A DNA stretch of 64,000 nt, taken from Auanema rhodensis (taxonomy: Eukaryota > Animalia > Nematoda). Numbering within the stretch: position 1 is the first letter of the stretch; each line of letters opens with the position of its first letter. Below are positions 55,501-64,000 of the stretch, one piece after another. Under the pieces are notes generated by a model. It did no database searches. It was not told the DNA's origin and saw only the letters and a program-made list of their open reading frames with translations. The stretch is taken from contig OZ059897.1 in NCBI GenBank assembly GCA_964057225.1, positions 21,576,001 through 21,640,000 on the forward strand, written 5' to 3'. Made by a program: the position numbers and the translations under genes.

Positions 55501-58500
55501 CTTGGTATGTAACTCGCTTCACGTGAAAGATGAAGAGATGCGGTTTTCAAAATTAGATTCCCCATGTCCATATTAGTCTAAAAACAAATTTTTATTGATA
55601 TTGGTTCATGGTAACCATGACTTTGAAATTTACGTGAACTTTAATTTATGCTAATTAAATGTACACGTGATGTGCACTTGGTATGTAACTCGCTCCACGT
55701 GAAAGATAAAGAGATGCGGTTTTCAAAATTTGATTCCCCATGTCCATATTAGTCTAAAAACAAATTTTTATTGATATTGGTTCATGGTAACCATGACTTT
55801 GAAATTTACGTGAACTTTAATTTATGCTAATTAAATGTACACGTGATGTGCACTTGGTATGTAACTCGCTTCACGTGAAAGATAAAGAGATGCGGTTTTT
55901 AAAATTAGATTCCCCATGTCCATATTAGTCTAAAAACAAATTTTTATTGATATTGGTGCATGGTAACCATGACTTTGAAATTTACGTGAACTTTAATTTA
56001 TGCTAATTAAATGTACACGTGATGTGCACTTGGTATGTAACTCGCTTCACGTGAAAGATAAAGAGATGCGGTTTTCAAAATTAGATTCCCCATCTCCATA
56101 TTAGTCTAAAAACAAATTTTTATTGATATTGGTGCATGGTAACCATGACTTTGAAATTTACGTGAACTTTAATTTATGCTAATTAAATGTACACGTGATG
56201 TGCACTTGGTATGTAACTCGCTTCACGTGAAAGATAAAGAGATGCGGTTTTCAAAATTAGATTCCCCATGTCCATATTAGTCTAAAAACAAATTTTTATT
56301 GATATTGGTTCATGGTAACCATGACTTTGAATATTACGTGAACTTTAATTTATGCTAATTGAATGTACACGTGATGTGCACTTGGTATGTAACTCGCTTC
56401 ACGTGAAAGATAAAGAGATGCGGTTTTCAAAATTAGATTCCCCATGTCCATATTAGTCTAAAAACAAATTTTTATTGATATTGGTTCATGGTAACCATGA
56501 CTTTGAATATTACGTGAACTTTAATTTATGCTAATTGAATGTACACGTGATGTGCACTTGGTATGTAACTCGCTTCACGTGAAAGATAAAGAGATGCGGT
56601 TTTCAAAATTAGATTCCCCATGTCCATATTAGTCTAAAAACAAATTTTTATTGATATTGGTTCATGGTAACCATGACTTTGAAATTTACGTGAACTTTAA
56701 TTTATGCTAATTAAATGTACACGTGATGTGCACTTGGTATGTAACTCGCTTCACGTGAAAGATAAAGAGATGCGGTTTTCAAAATTAGATTCCCCATGTC
56801 CATATTAGTCTAAAAACAAATTTTTATTGATATTGGTGCATGGTAACCATGACTTTGAAATTTACGTGAACTTTAATTTATGCTAATTAAATGTACACGT
56901 GATGTGCACTTGGTATGTAACTCGCTTCACGTAAAAGATGAAGAGATGCGGTTTTCAAAATTAGATTCCCCATGTCCATATTAGTCTAAAAACAAATTTT
57001 TATTGATATTGGTGCATGGTAACCATGACTTTGAAATTTACGTGAACTTTAATTTATGCTAATTAAATGTACACGTGATGTGCACTTGGTATGTAACTTG
57101 CTTCACGTGAAAGATCAAGAGATGCGGTTTTCAAAATTAGATTCCCCATGTCCATATTAGTCTAAAAACAAATTTTTATTGATATTGGTGCATGGTAACC
57201 ATGACTTTGAAATTTACGTGAACTTTAATTTATGCTAATTAAATGTACACGTGATGTGCACTTGGTATGTAACTCGCTTCACGTAAAAGATAAAGAGATT
57301 CGGTTCTCAAAATTAGATTCCCCATGTCCATATTAGTCTAAAAACAAATTTTTATTGATATTGGTGCATGGTAACCATGACTTTGAAATTTACGTGAACT
57401 TTAATTTATGCTAATTAAATGTACACGTGATGTGCACTTGGTATGTAACTCGCTTCACGTAAAAAATAAAGAGATGCGGTTTTCAAAATTAGATTCCCCA
57501 TGTCCATATTAGTTTAAAAACAAATTTTTATTGATATTGGTTCATGGTAACCATGACTTTGAAATTTACGTGAACTTTAATTTATGCTAATTAAATGTAC
57601 ACGTGATGTGCACTTGGTATGTAACTCGCTTCACGTGAAAGATAAAGAGATGCGGTTTTTAAAATTAGATTCCCCATGTCCATATTAGTCTAAAAACAAA
57701 TTTTTATTGATATTGGTGCATGGTAACCATGACTTTGAAATTTACGTGAACTTTAATTTATGCTAATTAAATGTACACGTGATGTGCACTTGGTATGTAA
57801 CTCGCTTCACGTAAAAGATGAAGAGATGCGGTTTTCAAAATTAGATTCCCCATGTCCATATTAGTCTAAAAACAAATTTTTATTGATATTGGTGCATGGT
57901 AACCATGACTTTGAAATTTACGTGAACTTTAATTTATGCTAATTAAATGTACACGTGATGTGCACTTGGTATGTAACTCGCTTCACGTGAAAGATAAAGA
58001 GATGCGGTTTTCAAAATTAGATTCCCCATGTCCATATTAGTCTAAAAACAAATTTTTATTGATATTGGTGCATGGTAACCATGACTTTGAAATTTACGTG
58101 AACTTTAATTTATGCTAATTAAATGTACACGTGATGTGCACTTGGTATGTAACTCGCTTCACGTGAAAGATAAAGAGATGCGGTTTTCAAAGTTAGATTC
58201 CCCATGTCCATATTAGTCTAAAAACAAATTTTTATTGATATTGGTTCATGGTAACCATGACTTTGAATATTACGTGAACTTTAATTTATGCTAATTGAAT
58301 GTACACGTGATGTGCACTTGGTATGTAACTCGCTTCACGTGAAAGATAAAGAGATGCGGTTTTCAAAATTAGATTCCCCATGTCCATATTAGTCTAAAAA
58401 CAAATTTTTATTGATATTGCTTCATGGTAACCATGACTTTGAAATTTACGTGAACTTTAATTTATGCTAATTAAATGTACACGTGATGTGCACTTGGTAT

Positions 58501-61500
58501 GTAACTCGCTTCACGTGAAAGATCAAGAGATGCGGTTTTAAAAATTAGATTCCCCATGTCCATATTAGTCTAAAAACAAATTTTTATTGATATTGGTGCA
58601 TGGTAACCATGACTTTGAAATTTACGTGAACTTTAATTTATGCTAATTAAATGTACACGTGATGTGCACTTGGTATGTAACTCGCTTCACGTGAAAGATA
58701 AAGAGATTTGGTTTTCAAAATTAGATTCCCCATGTCCATATTAGTCTAAAAACAAATTTTTATTGATATTGGTGCATGGTAACCATGACTTTGAAATTTA
58801 CGTGAACTTTAATTTATGCTAATTAAATGTACACGTGATGTGCACTTGGTATGTAACTCGCTTCACGTAAAAAATAAAGAGATGCGGTTTTCAAAAATAG
58901 ATTCCCCATGTCCATATTAGTCTAAAAACAAATTTTTATTGATATTGGTTCATGGTAACCATGACTTTGAAATTTACGTGAACTTTAATTTATGCTAATT
59001 AAATGTACACGTGATGTGCACTTGGTATGTAACTCACTTCACGTGAAAGATAAAGAGATTCGGTTTTCGAAATTAGATTCCCCATGTCCATATTAGTCTA
59101 AAAACAAATTTTTATTGATATTGGTTCATGGTAACCATGACTTTGAATATTACGTGAACGTTAATTTATGCTAATTGAATGTACACGTGATGTGCACTTG
59201 GTATGTAACTCGCTTCACGTGAAAGATGAAGAGATGCGGTTTTTAAAATTAGATTCCCCATGTCCATATTAGTCTAAAAACAAATTTTTATTGATATTGG
59301 TTCATGGTAACCATGACTTTGAAATTTACGTGAACTTTAATTTATGCTAATTAAATGTACACGTGATGTGCACTTGGTATGTAACTCGCTTCACGTGAAA
59401 GATAAAGAGATGCGGTTTTCAAAATTAGATTCCCCATGTCCATATTAGTCTAAAAACAAATTTTTATTGATATTGGTTCATGGTAACCATGACTTTGAAA
59501 TTTACGTGAACTTTAATTTATGCTAATTAAATGTACACGTGATGTGCACTTGGTATGTAACTCGCTTCACGTGAAAGATAAAGAGATGCGGTTTTCAAAA
59601 TTAGATTCCCCATGTCCATATTAGTCTAAAAACAAATTTTTATTGATATTGGTGCATGGTAACCATGACTTTGAAATTTACGTGAACTTTAATTTATGCT
59701 AATTAAATGTACACGTGATGTGCACTTGGTATGTAACTCGCTTCACGTAAAAGATGAAGAGATGCGGTTTTCAAAATTAGATTCCCCATGTCCATATTAG
59801 TCTAAAAACAAATTTTTATTGATATTGGTGCATGGTAACCATGACTTTGAAATTTACGTGAACTTTAATTTATGCTAATTAAATGTACACGTGATGTGCA
59901 CTTGGTATGTAACTCGCTTCACGTGAAAGATCAAGAGATGCGGTTTTCAAAATTAGATTCCCCATGTCCATATTAGTCTAAAAACAAATTTTTATTGATA
60001 TTGGTGCATGGTAACCATGACTTTGAAATTTACGTGAACTTTAATTTATGCTAATTAATTGTACACGTGATGTGCACTTGGTATGTAACTCGCTTCACGT
60101 GAAAGATAAAGAGATTCGGTTTTCAAAATTAGATTCCCCATGTCCATATTAGTCTAAAAACAAATTTTTATTGATATTGGTGCATGGTAACCATGACTTT
60201 GAAATTTACGTGAACTTTAATTTATGCTAATTAAATGTACACGTGATGTGCACTTGGTATGTAACTCGCTTCACGTAAAAAATAAAGAGATGCGGTTTTC
60301 AAAATTAGATTCCCCATGTCCATATTAGTCTAAAAACAAATTTTTATTGATATTGGTTCATGGTAACCATGACTTTGAAATTTACGTGAACTTTAATTTA
60401 TGCTAATTAAATGTACACGTGATGTGCACTTGGTATGTAACTCGCTTCACGTGAAAGATAAAGAGATTCGGTTTTCGAAATTAGATTCCCCATGTCCATA
60501 TTAGTCTAAAAACAAATTTTTATTGATATTGGTTCATGGTAACCATGACTTTGAATATTACGTGAACGTTAATTTATGCTAATTGAATGTACACGTGATG
60601 TGCACTTGGTATGTAACTCGCTTCACGTGAAAGATAAAGAGATGCGGTTTTCAAAATTAGATTCCCCATGTCCATATTAGTCTAAAAACAAATTTTTATT
60701 GATATTGGTTCATGGTAACCATGACTTTGAAATTTACGTGAACTTTGATTTATGCTAATTAAATGTACACGTGATGTGCACTTGGTATGTAACTCGCTTC
60801 ACGTGAAAGATCAAGAGATGCGGTTTTCAAAATTAGATTCCCCATGTCCATATTAGTCTAAAAACAAATTTTTATTGATATTGGTGCATGGTAACCATGA
60901 CTTTGAAATTTACGTGAACTTTAATTTATGCTAATTAAATGTACACGTGATGTGCACTTGGTATGTAACTCGCTTCACGTGAAAGATAAAGAGATTCGGT
61001 TTTCAAAATTAGATTCCCCATGTCCATATTAGTCTAAAAACAAATTTTTATTGATATTGGTGCATGGTAACCATGACTTTGAAATTTACGTGAACTTTAA
61101 TTTATGCTAATTAAATGTACACGTGATGTGCACTTGGTATGTAACTCGCTTCACGTAAAAGATGAAGAGATGCGGTTTTCAAAATTAGATTCCCCATGTC
61201 CATATTAGTCTAAAAACAAGTTTTTATTGATATTGGTGCATGGTAACCATGACTTTGAAATTTACGTGAACTTTAATTTATGCTAATTAAATGTACACGT
61301 GATGTGCACTTGGTATGTAACTCGCTTCACGTGAAAGATCAAGAGATGCGGTTTTCAAAATTAGATTCCCCATGTCCATATTAGTCTAAAAACAAATTTT
61401 TATTGATATTGGTGCATGGTAACCATGACTTTGAAATTTACGTGAACTTTAATTTATGCTAATTAAATGTACACGTGATGTGCACTTGGTATGTAACTCG

Positions 61501-64000
61501 CTTCACGTGAAAGATAAAGAGATTCGGTTTTCAAAATTAGATTCCCCATGTCCATATTAGTCTAAAAACAAATTTTTATTGATATTGGTGCATGGTAACC
61601 ATGACTTTGAAATTTACGTGAACTTTAATTTATGCTAATTAAATGTACACGTGATGTGCACTTGGTATGTAACTCGCTTCACGTAAAAAATAAAGAGATG
61701 CGGTTTTCAAAATTAGATTCCCCATGTCCATATTAGTCTAAAAACAAATTTTTATTGATATTGGTTCCTGGTAACCATGACTTTGAAATTTACGTGAACT
61801 TTAATTTATGCTAATTAAATGTACACGTGATGTGCACTTGGTATGTAACTCGCTTCACGTGAAAGATAAAGAGATGCGGTTTTCAAAATTAGATTCCCCA
61901 TGTTCATATTAGTCTAAAAACAAATTTTTATTGATATTGGTTCATGGTAACCATGACTTTGAATATTACGTGAACTTTAATTTATGCTAATTGAATGTAC
62001 ACGTGATGTGCACTTGGTATGTAACTCGCTTCACGTGAAAGATAAAGAGATGCGGTTTTCAAAATTAGATTCCCCATGTCCATATTAGTCTAAAAACAAA
62101 TTTTTATTGATATTGGTTCATGGTAACCATGACTTTGAAATTTACGTGAACTTTAATTTATGCTAATTAAATGTACACGTGATGTGCACTTGGTATGTAA
62201 CTCGCTTCACGTAAAAGATGAAGAGATGCGGTTTTCAAAATTAGATTCCCCATGTCCATATTAGTCTAAAAACAAATTTTTATTGATATTAGTGCATGGT
62301 AACCATGACTTTGAAATTTACGTGAACTTTAATTTATGCTAATTAAATGTACACGTGATGTGCACTTGGTATGTAACTCGCTTCACGTGAAAGATAAAGA
62401 GATGCGGTTTTCAAAATTAGATTCCCCATGTCCATATTAGTTTAAAAACAAATTTTTATTGATATTGGTTCATGGTAACCATGACTTTGAAATTTACGTG
62501 AACTTTAATTTATGCTAATTAAATGTACACGTGATGTGCACTTGGTATGTAACTCGCTTCACGTGAAAGATAAAGAGATGCGGTTTTCAAAATTAGATTC
62601 CCCATGTCCATATTAGTCTAAAAACAAATTTTTATTGATATTGGTGCATGGTAACCATGACTTTGAAATTTACGTGAACTTTAATTTATGCTAATTAAAT
62701 GTACACGTGATGTGCACTTGGTATGGAACTCGCTTCACGTAAAAGATAAAGAGATGCGGTTTTCAAAAATAGATTCCCCATGTCCATATTAGTCTAAAAA
62801 CAAATTTTTATTGATATTGGTTCATGGTAACCATGACTTTGAAATTTACGTGAACTTTAATTTATGCTAATTAAATGTACACGTGATGTGCACTTGGTAT
62901 GTAACTCGCTTCACGTGAAAGATGAAGAGATGCGGTTTTCAAAATTAGATTCCCCATGTCCATATTAGTCTAAAAACAAATTTTTATTGATATTGGTGCA
63001 TGGTAACCATGACTTTGAAATTTACGTGAACTTTAATTTATGCTAATTAAATGTACACGTGATGTGCACTTGGTATGTAACTCGCTTCACGTGAAAGATA
63101 AAGAGATGCGGTTTTCAAAATTAGATTCCCCATGTCCATATTAGTCTAAAAACAAATTTTTATCGATATTGGTTCATGGTAACCATGACTTTGAAATTTA
63201 CGTGAACTTTAATTTATGCTAATTAAATGTACACGTGATGTGCACTTGGTATGTAACTCGCTTCACGTGAAAGATAAAGAGATGCGGTTTTCAAAATTAG
63301 ATTCCCCATGTCCATATTAGTCTAAAAACAAATTTTTATTGATATTGGTTCATGGTAACCATGACTTTGAAATTTACGTGAACTTTAATTTATGCTAATT
63401 AAATGTACACGTGATGTGCACTTGGTATGTAACTCGCTTCACGTGAAAGATGAAGAGATGCGGTTTTCAAAATTAGATTCCCCATGTCCATATTAGTCTA
63501 AAAACAAATTTTTATTGATATTGGTTCATGGTAACCATGACTTTGAAATTTACGTGAACTTTAATTTATGCTAATTAAATGTACACGTGATGTGCACTTG
63601 GTATGTAACTCGCTTCACGTGAAAGATAAAGAGATGCGGTTTTCAAAATTAGATTCCCCATGTCCATATTAGTTTAAAAACAAATTTTTATTGATATTGG
63701 TTCATGGTAACCATGACTTTGAAATTTACGTGAACTTTAATTTATGCTAATTAAATGTACACGTGATGTGCACTTGGTATGTAACTCGCTTCACGTGAAA
63801 GATAAAGAGATGCGGTTTTTAAAATTAGATTCCCCATGTCCATATTAGTCTAAAAACAAATTTTTATTGATATTGGTGCATGGTAACCATGACTTTGAAA
63901 TTTACGTGAACTTAAATTTATGCTAATTAAATGTACACGTGATGTGCACTTGGTATGTAACTCGCTTCACGTGAAAGATAAAGAGATGCGGTTTTCAAAA

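Larger units (their letters stand above)
1..64000 (+). repeat. Tandem satellite DNA array, 176-bp monomer, 364 complete copies head-to-tail (probable centromeric/pericentromeric satellite; family not identified)
   Basis: The monomer start AAAATTAGATTCCCC recurs every 176 bp (e.g. 176, 352, 528, 704, 880; every 880 bp at 5981, 6861 ... 13021; 48861 ... 63821). 364x176 minus four 1-bp and two 32-bp deletions = 63996, which matches the last partial monomer starting at 63997. The array runs off both window ends. The centromeric assignment is inference only. Confidence 0.99.

Noticed and set aside
1-64000. CRISPR array or other repeat-spacer system
   Set aside because: There are no unique spacers; the entire 176-bp unit repeats almost identically, and there are no cas genes.
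1-64000. Assignment to a known family of similar length (Brassica CentBr, Arabidopsis CEN178, primate alpha satellite)
   Set aside because: Only the length is similar. I recognise no shared sequence, and a database search is required.
1-64000. Tandem 5S rRNA, tRNA, snRNA or spliced-leader gene array
   Set aside because: No recognisable Pol III A/B/C boxes, cloverleaf or conserved RNA sequence on either strand.
1-64000. Embedded transposon, inversion or telomeric repeat
   Set aside because: Monomer phase is fully accounted for end to end, leaving no room for insertions, and no reverse-complement monomers were seen.
1-64000. T/G alternation at monomer position 58 as a strict dimer HOR or an information code
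   Set aside because: Runs of T and G are irregular and are explained by the block duplications; there is no fixed 352-bp period.

Overview
The whole 64-kb window is one uninterrupted head-to-tail tandem satellite array: 364 complete copies of an AT-rich (~32% GC) 176-bp monomer plus 4 bp, all in the same orientation. Consensus, phased at position 1: AAAATTAGATTCCCCATGTCCATATTAGTCTAAAAACAAATTTTTATTGATATTGGT(T/G)CATGGTAACCATGACTTTGAAATTTACGTGAACTTTAATTTATGCTAATTAAATGTACACGTGATGTGCACTTGGTATGTAACTCGCTTCACGTGAAAGATAAAGAGATGCGGTTTTC. Most copies differ from this by about 0-4 substitutions. Phase bookkeeping leaves only six indels: four 1-bp deletions and two identical 32-bp deletions. The monomer length and homogeneity are typical of eukaryotic centromeric or pericentromeric satellite DNA, but I cannot assign a species or a named family. 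There are no credible genes, RNA genes, transposons or CRISPR arrays; the single 60-aa ORF arises from one stop-codon SNP in one monomer. The notable structure lies at two scales. Within the monomer there are three ACGTGA cores at 32-33 bp spacing, several palindromes and two mutually exclusive hairpins. Across the array, diagnostic SNPs reveal a recurring A-B-C order of variant blocks (about 11-25 kb per cycle), nested 3- to 24-monomer duplications, chimeric monomers and a 3-kb island of divergent monomers. I found no evidence for a new protein-coding system. Variant maps were read by eye and should be confirmed computationally.
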